Assembly (NCBI GenBank): GCA_028534125.1
Contig: CM052818.1
Coordinates: 30,320,001-30,384,000 of the forward strand
Reading direction: 5' to 3'
Origin: Lama glama
Taxonomy: Eukaryota
Length of the DNA: 64,000 nucleotides
In this document: piece after piece, positions 25,861 to 37,981 of the stretch
Numbering within the stretch: the first letter of the stretch is position 1
Layout: the number at the start of each line of letters is the position of its first letter
Translations under genes and position numbers: made by a program
The notes under the pieces: generated by a model
Seen by the model: the letters and a program-made list of their open reading frames with translations, nothing else
Told to the model about the DNA's origin: nothing
Database searches by the model: none

Positions 25861-27435
25861 TTACATAAATTTTTTTGGAAATAAATGTATACATAGAAAA
25901 AGTTGAAGTAAATATAACTGTAGAAAAAGTATACAAAATACTTTGATATTCACAAATTTAACATATTCTATGTAACTATCCTCTAGATCAAGAAATAGGA
26001 CACTTTCAACATCCTGGAAGGCTGTATTACATTTTACTGTTTTCTGAAATTGGTGTACTTTATATCTTAAGTGTGTATTTAATGTGGGAGGGTTCCCCCC
26101 CTGGAAAATGGTTGTTATATTGATGGTACATCTTATAATTACTGTGTCATAGAATTGTGGAAATATATCAAAGTCTAATGATTTCATAAAGCATTTGTAA
26201 AGTGTTTTTATGGTATAGTTCTTAATAGCAGTCTTACCTTTTATGTTTTAATTCTGTCATATTTCTAAATATATTTAATAAAATTATATCAAGGTTCTAT
26301 AGTTGGAAAACGTTAACTTTTTTTGTCATGTATCTTGAGTTCTAGAGTGTCAAAAATATTATCTTTTGAAGAGAGAAAGACTTTAATTTCTAATTTCAAA
26401 ATGAACTTTCTTAGGTTACTGAATATGGTTTTTTGTATGATGATTTTTTTTTGTGTGTGTCTCATCCTATTATCTTCAAGAAAAAGAAGCAAAGAACAAA
26501 TTTAATAGGTAAACTGTTCAGATTATTGCTTGATTAGTCCTTTCTCAGTTTCTTTCTTGTCCTCTAATGTGCAATTTCCAAGTCAAAAATCCTCTCTTTC
26601 CCTACCTCCATAGTGTAGTTTATATTATCTACTTTTGGGTTTTTGTCCATTTGAAAGAAGATCAAAGCAACAAATAAAAATGTTGTTGCTTCAGTGTGTT
26701 CCACAATTGTGTTACATATGTGTGTATATAATCTCTAATCTTCAAAAGGCTTCTACAAGGTGGGTATTTATGGATGTGGATACAGTGACTCAGAAAGGTT
26801 GAGTAACTTGTTTCAAGTATAGTAAGTAAGTGGAAGAGCCAGTCTGACTCCAAAACTAGTTTAATGTTAGGGGCAGGGAGGTATGGTGAGATATGTTGCT
26901 CCAAACACTGGACTTTTCTGTTTCATTTGGGTTTTTACCAAATTACAGTATGGACATTTAACTCGCGTTAATACATTGTTTTTGGTTTATAAAGCATTTT
27001 CTCATACATTTTTGACTTTCACAAGTCTTATGATTAGGTATAGGATAGGTAAGATGGGCAGGTCTTTAATCCACCTCCATCTTGCTATTTTATTGATGAG
27101 AAACTAAGACTTGGAGGAGGCTAAAAAGCCTGAGTCATACTACTAGTAAAAGCTAGAGCTAGAATTTGAACTTAGGACTTCTAGCTGGAGCCTACTGTTT
27201 TATTTATAGTAATGCCAGAGTAAGTGAGAAGTTGAGCTATTTGGAATCAGTAAGCATCTCTGTAATTGTCAGGTAAATATATTATAAAATAATAAAAGCA
27301 TAATTAAAACCACTTACAAATATTGAATATTACTTATACAGTATAAATACTGGCAAGGGAATTGATATATTTTATTTGGGATAGTCGTAGGGTTTGAATT
27401 GGGCCTCACAAAACTTGACACTTCTGCAGAGGCTT

Positions 27436-29149
27436 GCTTGCTTTCTTTCTTTCTTTCTTCCTTTCTTCCTTTCTTTCTTTCCTTTCTTTTTTTTAAGACA
27501 GGGAATACTTTATTCAAATCCATCAGAGAAATGGATAGCTTGGGCCTGTAACAAAGCGTTGTGTTTTAAAGCATAGGTCAGTAATTGTGTATGAGAGTAT
27601 ACACTGCTACATACAAATTAACTGATCAGACCACAACTTTTCAATGTTGAAAACAGAATAAACTTCCCTGTAAAAGCAGCACCTTTGTGACATTTGACTT
27701 GAGTATTCCTCTCCTTCTTCCTCTCCCTCTCCTTGAACAGAATCTACACCAACCTCCTCATAATCCTTCTCAAGGGCAGCCATGTCCTTACGGGCCTCAG
27801 CAAACTCTCCTTCCTCCATGCCCTCACCCACATAACAGTGAACAAAGGCATGCTTGGCACACATCAGGTCAGACTTGTGGTCCAGGTAAGCCCAGGCCTC
27901 AGCAGTGGCTGTGGTGTTCCTCAGCATGCACACAGCTTCCTGTGCTTTGGCCAGGTCTCCACCAGGTACCACCGTGGGAGGCTGGTAATTAATGCCAACT
28001 CTGAAGCCAGTGGGGCACCAGTCCACAAACCGGGTGCTGCACTTGGTCTTGATGGTGGCAATGGCAGCATTGACATCTTTGGGGACCACATCACCATGGT
28101 ACAACAGGCAGCAAGCTATGTATTTACCATGGCGAGGGTCACATTTCACCATCTCGTTGGCTGGCTCAAAGCAAGCATTGGTGATCTCTGCTACAGAAAG
28201 CTGTTCCTGGTAGGTTTTCTCAGCAGAAATGACAGGGGCATATGTGGCCAGAGGGAAGTGGATGCGAGGATGGGGCACCAGGTTGGTTTGGAATTCTGCT
28301 AGATTGACATTCAGGGCTCCATCAAGCCTCAGGGAAGTGGTGATGGAGGATACAACTTGACCTATCAACCTATTCAGGTTTGTGTAGGTTGGGCGCTCAA
28401 TATCGAGGTTTCTACGGCAGATGTCATAGACAGCCTCGTTGTCTACCATGAAGGCACAATCAGAGTGCCCCAGGGCGGTATGGGTGGTCAGGATAGAGTT
28501 GTAGGGCTCAACTACAGCTGTGGAAACCTGGGGGGCTGGGTAAATGGAGAACTCAAGCTTGGACTTCTTGCCATAATCGACAGAGAGACGTTCCATCAGC
28601 AGGGAGGTGAACCCAGAACCAGTTCCCTCACCGAAGCTGTGGAAAACCAAGAAGCCCTGAAGACCTGTGCACTGATCAGCCAGTTTCCGAATTTGGTCCG
28701 AGACGAGGTCAGTGATCTCCTTGCCAATGGTGTAATGACCGCGGGCATAGTTATTGGCAGCATCTTCTTTGCCTTTGATACGCTGCTCAGGGTGGAAGAG
28801 CTGACGGTAAGTGCCAGTGCGAACTTCATCAATGACTGTGGGTTCCAGGTCTACTAACACTGCCCTGGGCACATGCTTGCCAGTGCCCACTGAAGAAGGT
28901 GTTGAAGGAGTCGTCTCCTCCCCCAATGGTCTAGTCACTTGGCATCTGGCCGTCGGGCTGGATGCCGTGTTCCAGGCCATAGAGCTCTCAGCAGGCATTG
29001 CCAGTCTGGGCACCAGCCTGGCCAACATGGATGGAGATGCACTCACACATAGTTGCTGTTTTGTGGCTGCCGAGGAGATGGAGGAGAGGAGGAGGAGAGG
29101 TTGTTGCTTCTTACAGTGCGACTCTTAAGCGGTTGATGTAAGAGAACCT
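27436..29149 (-). pseudogene. TUBA1A: Full-length processed pseudogene (retrocopy) of alpha-tubulin TUBA1A, antisense in the MEMO1 intron
   Basis: Intronless. The 5'UTR (AGGTTCTCTTACATC...AAGCAACAACCTCTCC) and 3'UTR (GTCACAAAGGTGCTGCTTTTACAGGGAAG...AATAAAGTATTCCCTGTCTT) are TUBA1A-type. ATG at 29050; stops at codon 21 (28990-28988) and codon 40 (28933-28931); 5-nt deletion at about 28888; native TAA changed to TCA (27702-27700). AATAAA at 27514-27509, decayed A-tail at 27436-27494, TSD core GAGGCTT at 27429-27435 and 29150-29156. Confidence 0.95.
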
Positions 29150-29164
29150 GAGGCTTTATTTAAC

Positions 29165-30450
29165 ATTCACTGATTCAGTATTGAACAAACTCAGTTCTGC
29201 ATGAAAGGTACTGGTCTAGGGACTAGGTGCATAGCAGGAGATGAAACAGACAAAATATCTGTAGAGTTTTTATATTTTAATTGAGGGAGACAGACAATAA
29301 GGTAAGTAAGTAGAACATACTGTATGTTAGAGGAAAGTGTTATGGAGAATTATAAAGAAAATAAAAGGAGAGCTGGCACATAAGGCATGTTAAAAAATTG
29401 GAGAAAAGCTTGCAATTTTAGATAGCAAGGAAAGGGTAGACTTCACTGAGATGGCATTTGAGTGAAGACTTGAAGTGGGTAAAAGAACAAGCCTTGTATT
29501 CCAGATAATCTTAAGGGCTGGATAATTTTTGGCTGAGGGTACAGCATGTTCAAAGGTCCTGTGGCTAGAGCAGGCTTGGAGGATTTGAGAAATGCAAGGA
29601 GGCCATTGCAACTAGAATGATGTGAGCCAGTCTGATTTGAGGTTAAGAGGTAAATTAAAGGCTAGAGCAGAGCACAGAGGTGCTGTCAGATGACATTAGG
29701 TCTGGAAGACCACTGTAAAAACTTACTTGAATGAGATAGCTGTTGGAAGGTTTTGAGCAGTTGATGACATGGTCTAATTTAAATTTGCTAGAACCACTTA
29801 ACTGCAATGTTCAGAGTAGACTACAGCTGGGGAGTGGTGAAGGCATTGGCAAGGGCAGAAACAGGGAGACTAGTTAAGAAGAAAGCAGCAGTCCAAGTGA
29901 GAGATGGTGATGGTTTGGACTGAGTAATGACAGTGGAGGTGAGTAAGAAGTGGTTGATTACTGGATATATTTTGAAGGTAGAGCCAAAAAGATGTCATGA
30001 CATGCTTAAAGTGGGGTGTGAGAGAGAGGAGTCACGGATATCTCTTAAGGTTTATCCTTGAGCAATTGCAATAATGGAGTTACTTTTATCCTAGATAGGA
30101 AAGACTTAAGACAAACAGGTTTGGAGGGGGAAGGTTAGGAGCTCAATTTTGGTTTGTTAGGTTTGAGATGTTTACTATATAGTTAAGTGGATACGTGAGT
30201 GTGGAGTTAGGGGAGAGTCCTAGAGTGGAGATATAAAATTGGAAATTATCGTTATGTATATAATATTTAAAGCCAAGTATCTGGATGAATCACCATAGGA
30301 ATAAGAGTAGCCAGAAAAAAGGTTTCTGAATGAGCCTGAGAACATTTTCAGCTTGAAGAAGTTGAGGAGGTGAGGGAGATAGTGTAAAGAAGATAAAGTA
30401 TCTCATGAGGAGGAGAATGAGATGTCCTGGGAGCCAAGTAGAGAAAATGC
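29165..30450 (-). mobile_element. L2 LINE fragment
   Basis: Purine-rich antisense L2 text (GAGATGGCATTTGAGTGAAGACTTGAAG, GGAAGGTTTTGAGCAG, GGATATATTTTGAAGGTAGAGCC). The TUBA1A retrocopy sits at its left edge. Confidence 0.7.
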
Positions 30451-31557
30451 TTTAAGGCATCTCAACACAATTTATATGGATTTTTCTGGGCATTTTTTTT
30501 CTTGACAGACACATATAATCTGGCTTAAGCCATCTGGTTTTAGCCATCTCTTATGCTGCTGCCAGAGCTTCCTAACAGGTTGCCTAATTTCTATTCTGTT
30601 CTTTACACAGCAGCCTAAGAGATCTTTTGAAAATGTAAGTAAGGTAATATTCTTTTCTCAAATCCTCTATCATACTTAAAATCACATTTAAAATCCTTGC
30701 CAAGGCTTAGAAGATTTTACATGCTTTGACCTCTGTTTAACTTTCTCATTTCATCTCCTACCACTTGTCCTTTACCTTATGCTGCTGCAGCCATTCTGGC
30801 CCTCTTGCTGTTGTCCAGATATGTCAAGTTTGTTCTTGCCTTAGGACTTCTGCATGGACTTCATAATATTGACTAACCCTGGCTTGATAGTCAAGGAAAG
30901 GATATATTTATTGACTCCCTTATTTTGTTAGTCACTAGTAGGAGGCGAAATAGGCGAAATGTTGAAAATGAATGAGGTAACTTTTCCTAAAGTGTTCTGA
31001 GAAACAGTAGTCCCTGGAGATGCCTTTGCAGAAGGGGTTTATGGTCAAATAAGTTTAGGAAGTGTTGCATCTATTTTTCTCCCTCGGGCCCAGACTACTA
31101 ACAATAGACTTGTTTTATGGCTCATTACATGGTCTGTCTTGGTGAGTGTTCTGTGTTCATTTGAAAATAATCTATGTTTTCTATAGTTGTGGGGTAGAAT
31201 GCTCTCTAAATGTTAATTAGATTAAGTTGGGTTATTGTAGTTAAATCTTCTACATTTCTGTTGATTTTCCTTTTCTTTCTGTCAGTTCCTGAGAGCATTG
31301 TTGAAATTTCCAACCATAATTCTGGATTTGTCTATTTTTTCTTTTAGTTTTGTTGATTTGTTGTTTCAGGTATTTTGAATCTCTGTTATTTGATGTACAT
31401 GTTTGAGGTTATATTCTTTTGATTACTTGGCTATCATGTATGTCCCTCTTTATATCTGGTAGTATTTCTTGCTCTGAAGTGTTTCTTGTTTTTTTTTTTA
31501 GTAAAGCCAGTCCAGTTTTCTCATGGTTAATATTTACATGGTATCTATTTTTCCATC

Positions 31558-32053
31558 TGTGTTGGGGGTCAACAAGACTACCTTCAGGTTTGATGATTTG
31601 TTAGAAGCATCACAAAACTCAGAAAAGCTGCTATACTTACAGATGTGATTTATTAAGAAGAAAGAATACAGATTAAAATGAGGAAAAGGTGCATACGGTG
31701 GCATCCAGGAGAAAGCACGTGTGAGTATCCAGCTGTCCTCTCTGTGGAGTTGCTTGAACAGCCTTTAATTCTCCCATCAGTGATGTGTGACAGCAAGTGT
31801 GACTTCACATTTGCCAACCAGGGAAGCTCAGTGAGGCCTTGGTACCCAGGGTTTTAATTGGGGGTCAGTAATGTAGGCATAGAGCACCCTTGTGACTGAC
31901 TTTAGCTACTCAGTCTCTAGCCCTCCTCTCTCCTGCATAGGTCACGCTGGTGCATTGTGGCCCAGGGTACCAGGAGAACAAAAATAGCAGTTCACCATAA
32001 ATCACATCATTAGCATAAACTGTCTGGCAAGGCCCCAGGTATACAAAGACACT
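31558..32053. mobile_element. LTR fragment, MER21/MER77-like
   Basis: TGTTGGGGGTCAACAAGACTACCTTCAGGTTTGATGATT...GCCAACCAGGGAAGCTCA resembles this LTR group. It interrupts an older L1 and is itself cut by an L1. Confidence 0.6.
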
Positions 32054-32054
32054 T

Positions 32055-33410
32055 AAAAAAAATTGTGGTGAAATATATATAACATAAAATTTACAATTTT
32101 ACCAATTTCTCAGTGTACACATATCTGACATAAGTACATTCGTATTATTTACACCATCACCAGTATCCATCTCTAGAATGTTTTTATCTTTTCCAACTGA
32201 AAGTCTATACCCATTAAGCACTTAACTGCCCATTGACTCCTCCCCGCAGCCCTGGCAATCACTATTCCACTTTCTGTGTCTATGATTTTGCCTATCCTAG
32301 GTGCCTCATTTAAGTGGACTCATAAAATATTTGTCCTTTCATGTCTGGCTTATTTCACTTAGCATGTTTTCACAGTTTATCCATGTTGTAGCATATATCA
32401 GAATTTCATCCCTTTTTAAAGCTGAATATTCATGTACCATATTTATTCATTTATCTGTTGATAGACATTTCAGTTGTTTCTACCTTTTGGCTTTTGTGAG
32501 TAAAAATGCCATGAATGTTGGTGTACAAGTATCTGCTTTCAGTTCTTTTGAATACCTATCTAGGAGTAGAATTGCTGGGTCATATGGTAATTCTATGTTT
32601 AACTTTTTGAGAAACTACCAAACATTTCCACAGCAGTCACACAATTTTAGATTCCTACCAGCAGTGCAGGGGGGTTCTCCTTTTTTCTCATCCTTGATGA
32701 CACTTGTTGTTTTCCCCTTTTTTAGGTAATAGCCATCCTAACAAGTGTGAATTTGTGTCACTATGGTTATGATTTGTATTCTCTAATGACTGTGTTGAAC
32801 ACCTTTTCATGTCCTTATTGGCCATTTGTATATCATCTTTGGAGAAATGTTTATTCAGGTCCTTTGCTCATTTTTGAATTGTTTGTTTGTTTTTTTGTTA
32901 TTGGAATTGTAAGAGTTCTTTACGTATCTTCTGGAAAGAAATCTTTTATCAATACATGATTTGCAAGTATTTTCTCCCATCCTGTAGATTGTCTTTTTAC
33001 TTTCTTGGTAATATTGTTTCATGCACAGATGTTTTTAATTTTGATGAAATTTAATATTATCTGTTTTTTCTTTTGTTACTCATACTTTGGTGGTATATCT
33101 GAGAAATGACTGGCAAATGAAGATTTTCCTCTGTATTTTCTTCTGAGAATTTTATAGTTTTCAGCTCTTAACATTTAGAGTTAGGTTTTGACTATGGGAC
33201 GAAGTAGGAGTTCCACTTCACTATTTTGCATGTGCATTTCCAGTTGTCTCAGCACTGTTTGTTGAAGAGACTGTTCTTTCCTCATTGAATGTTCAAATCA
33301 CTGGGCCATAGATGTCTGGGTTTGTTTCTGGACTCAGTTCTATTCCATTGGTCTATATGTCTGTCTAGCCTATGTCACTAGCATACTGTCTTGATTTCTG
33401 TAGCTTTTAT
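32055..33410 (-). mobile_element. L1MB-type 3' fragment
   Basis: Antisense L1 3'UTR and ORF2 end (GGAGTAGAATTGCTGGGTCATATGGTAATTCTATG). Confidence 0.75.
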
Positions 33411-34732
33411 GCCCCATTTTTTAAAGGTAATTGGTAGGTGTTGAATTCAGTGAGTATATTGACATTACTTCTAGTGTTTTGTAAGTGTTCTGTTGTATTT
33501 TGGCTTGCACAGCTTCTGAGTATTCTGAGATTTTAAAATATTTGTTCCTCTAAATACAGGATATCTTTTTTCCTCTGGTTGCCTTAAGAGTTTAAAAAAT
33601 TATTACCATTTTCCTGCTATTGTATTATCATGTGCCTTTGAATAATTTTCTTTGAATTTAATCCTCTTTGAGATTTGTCAAGTTTCTTGGATCTGTGGGT
33701 TGTAGTTTGTAGCAAATTTGGAAAAACAGTCATTGTTATCATCTCATATTTTTCTTTTTCACTTCCTTTGTTTTGTAGACTCCAAATAAAAGTATGTTAA
33801 ATAGCTTAATACTGTCCCACTGTTCACTGAGAATTATTTTTTCCTTTTTCCTTTTTTTGGCTTCCTTTTGGATAATTTCTTTTGCTTTGTCTTCAAGTTC
33901 ACTGATTTTTTTTTCTTGTGCAATAACTAATTTTGCTTTTAGTCATCAGTGACATCTTTTAAGTATGAAAGAGTTAAATTAACTGCTGATCATGGTTTCA
34001 CCTGAATGTTTTCTTGTTAATTACTTTATTCATTACTGTTTTGTTTTATTTTTATTTTTTCAGATGATTAGTTTATTTATAGGTTTTAAAGAAGTTACTG
34101 TCTTGTAGCCTAGAAATCAGATTGACCAATGCTTATTTTTCTGGCGTAAGTATTTAGTTGCTAGCAATGCTATTTTGTCTCAGAGCTGGAAAAAAGAGTA
34201 AAACTTTTTGTTTTTCTGAGATCAGAGCTACCTAGAAATTGAAAATACATTTGTATTATGGTTTAATATTGGTTTAGGATTATTTTCTTTTAAATTAAAT
34301 TATAAATTTGAATACATTTGTGTGTTCTAAAAATTAAAGATACTCATTGAGAAGTCTCATTCCTATGCCATTCTGTGTATTTTATATTTCCCTTCCCTTG
34401 TAGGTAGTTGTCTTTATCAGTTTCTTGAGTGCCCAGTGTTTCTTTATGCATATAAAAGCACATCTGAATATGTCATCATTTCCTCCTTTTCAGCGAATGG
34501 AAGCTGTAATGTAATAAGTGCCACTCTCATATTTTGTTGTATACTTTGCCTTTTCGTACTTAAATTTAATAATTGAAGATCTTTCCATATTATAACAGAG
34601 TCATTGTGCTACCTATCCTACCTCCTTTTTTGGTCAGTTCTTATTCTGGTTCTTCAAAGGAAGATAGTTATGATGCATTTGGTAAGGTTATCCAGAGGTG
34701 AATAGCTAAATAAAGTATCATTAGATCTCCAA

Positions 34733-36238
34733 CAGTTGTTTTCAAACTTTAAAGTCCCAGAATCCCTTTACATTTTTCAAAATTATTGATAACCTCAAAG
34801 AACTTTTTTATGTGGATTGTGTCTGTTAATACCTATCAAAGTAGAAACTAAAACAGAAACTTTAGAAATACTTACTTTTAATTTATTTAAAAATAACAGT
34901 AACAAACCCATTCCATGTTAACATAAGTAGCATTTTTAATGAAAATAACTTTATCTTCCAAAATAAGGGAAACATGAGAGATTGGCATTTATTACATTTT
35001 TGCAAATATATTTAATGTCTAGCTTAATAGAAAACAGCTGGGTTCTCGTATTTGTTACTGCAGACCTTCTGTTGTGATCTGTTATTTTACCTGAAGCATA
35101 TGAAGAAATTCTGGCCTTATACAGGTATGTGGTTAGAAAAGGGCAGAGTGTTTTAATAGACTTTTTAGGTAATTGTGGATATTCTTCTTTGATGCTATAC
35201 TAAAACTTGAGTGGCATTTTCTTATTTTTTAAACTTTTACTGACATATAGTTGATACAGAATAAGTTAAACATGTATTAAATATATGAAGCCTTCAACAA
35301 AATCAAGAAGGGCAGTTTTGGAAAGATTTAATTGCAATGTGGAATTTGAAATTGTAGCAATTAAGTTTTCATGCTCTGTTTTCATTAAGATCAGTTGGTC
35401 TATCCTCCACTTTGAGGATCTTTTCATCCAAGCAGGATTTTTTAACACCATGCATTAATCATTTGGAAGATATTTGTTCCTTGAGTTATGCAGATCTTCC
35501 AAATATTTACACATCTCATTATTCATTGTCAAAGAATCAAACAGAATATTAGCATTTGTTAATGTCACCATTCTTATCAGAAAAGTCTTTTTGACTTAGG
35601 AAGCTTGTAAGTCCACAGTGTTAGAAACGAGTTTGCAAAATTCTGATTTCCTCAAAGCTTGAATTTTATAGTTAGCAGTAGAAATTGACAGTTGTTTTCC
35701 TTGATGTTACAGGTTCACCGTTGATTTTCAAGGAAGTATCTGCTGAATACCCAAGATTAAGTAACCATCACTTGTCAGTTGTTCTTTCAAGAAAAATGGT
35801 GTTTTATAAAAAAAGTGGCTAGTTCAGCTTGCGCTGCTGAGGGCATAAGGGCCCAGAGACAACCGTTACACTTCCCATTTTGGCACACAGAATATTAACA
35901 AGTGTACTCAAGCTTGAGATTTTATAATGTGTGTAATATTTATAGCTACAGCTACATCAAAGATATACTTCAATGAAAGTTTTTTTTCTTTTTAAATGGA
36001 GTGTGATGGGTTGTGGTGGCAAAGAGTATAATGACTACTAGTCTAGTTTGGTGCTGCTGTTGCTAAGACATCAGCAGTTTTATCTGCCATTATTTTTGAG
36101 CCGTCAAGGCAATGCCAGTACAGTGAAAGAAGCAAATAATGTTTTTAGTATTTTGAGAATGGTTTTGAACTGGTGGACCATCTTGAAAGGGTCTTGGGGA
36201 TCCCCAGGAATCTGCAGATACTACTTTGAAAACCACTG
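34733..36238. mobile_element. Charlie1-type hAT DNA transposon fossil (about 1.5 kb)
   Basis: TIRs CAGTTGTTTTCAAA and TTTGAAAACCACTG with Charlie1-like subterminal sequence. No clear 8-bp TSD remains. Confidence 0.7.
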
Positions 36239-37981
36239 GTTTGTAGAAATTCTTACTTCTTCCTTGGCAATTATAATTGACCCTTCTTCCCCACTTCAAG
36301 AACTCTTCATTGTAGTGGTTATCAATCTTAATGTCTCTCTTTACACACACACACCCACTCAGACCCTCATTCCCCCAGCATACCCTGTGTCATATTACAT
36401 ACTCCTTCCATTAATTACAATGGCTGGAGGAAATTGGGGAGGTGTAATTTGTAAATCATAAGTGATTTTGATAAACTTCCTCCCTTACCTCTGTTTCTCG
36501 AAGTGTGGTGAGGGACTATCAGAAACCTTTTGAATTAGAATTGCTAATAAGTGGGACTCAGATGTCTGCATTTTTATCACACTCCAAAAGTGGTTTTAAT
36601 ACACAGCATAGAGAACTACTGTTTTGAGTCTTTAGGAAAAAACTGAGTTACTCAGTTATAAAATGATATCACCATTATTAGTTTTGTATTTACTGCTCAG
36701 AGTGGAAGGTGACATCACCACCGTCATCTTCATATTCCCAGCACCCAGAGAAATACCTGGCACAGAGCAGGAGCTCACTAAATGCTTTATGAGTGATTGA
36801 CTGAATGACTAATCTGACTAGATTATTTTGTTATTTGTCTGACACCGGCTTGCCAAATATGTGATGACAAAGTTAGCCTTAAATTGTGTATTTCATTATA
36901 TTTTGTAGTGTGCTTACTTTACAAGTACATTTTAGATCTTAAAAATATTTAAATCAGACAATATGGCTGTGCTGCTTACTGATTACTGCTTCAGTGGTTT
37001 CCTCTTGTATTTAAGCTTCTGATTTTAGATAGCCTGCTTAATATGGCTTATGCCTGTCCATCCTGCCTCATCTTTTGTCATTCTCTCCCTTGTTCACTAT
37101 ATTTTAGAATTCATGAAACTGATCATTTTTCCTCGTGGTTCGTTTAATATGTTAAGCTCCTTACCTTAGGGCCATTGTACTTGCTGTTCTTTCTTCCTAG
37201 AAATATCTCCCCCAGCTTTTTTCTTGTCTGTTTCTTACTCAGATCTCAATTCTGTTGTCACATGCTTGCGGTACCTTTCTTGTCTTTGTTTTTGCTCCCT
37301 CTTCCTGTACTGCACGTAAAGTGGCAATGAAACAGTCTCTTTCTTTCTTTCATAGCATTTATCACAATCTGAAGTTACTTATTTCCTATCTGCCTGCCTC
37401 CTCTAGAATATATGCTCCATGAGAATGTAGACCTGCCTGTCTTGTGTATTGTTGTCTCCCCAGTGCCAAAAATAGTCTTGGCATGTAATAGGCGTTTTGT
37501 AAGATTATTAAATAAACAAGTGAATGAATGAGTGAGAAGAATATATGGAAGAAAATTATTTGATTACACAACAAATATCTTTAACTTACTGAATGAAAGT
37601 AATGGTTATATTAATAAGTAAGGACACTACATTAATAACATATATATAAGGTTTATTAAGTTTTTACTAGTTTATTAAGTTAAATATCACAAATTATGGT
37701 TTCTGGTTTATAAAACTGCCTGTAGAGTAGACATTTTTCTTTATAAATGAATGTGTGATTCTAAATAGTTGTTAGAACTTATATAAGAGGGAGTAACAAT
37801 AATTTCTCCTGGAAAATAAGTATATAAATAAGATAAAGCCTTTGCTATTTATAACCATCCAAGAAGTCATTTGCGATTAAGTATTTTAGGTAAGTTACCA
37901 CTTTCAGCATTGTAGCTTTTATTTTAGGAATTTGAAAATGATGACATATCTTCTATTTTCAAAAATATGTGACATATTTCT

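Noticed and set aside
27607..29046. 479-aa ORF as a functional alpha-tubulin gene
   Set aside because: Intronless with tail and TSD; the true N-terminal frame has two stops and a frameshift; the GTP-binding signature is mutated.
27687..29128. Plus-strand ORFs of 73-189 aa over the retrocopy
   Set aside because: Antisense shadows of tubulin codon bias.
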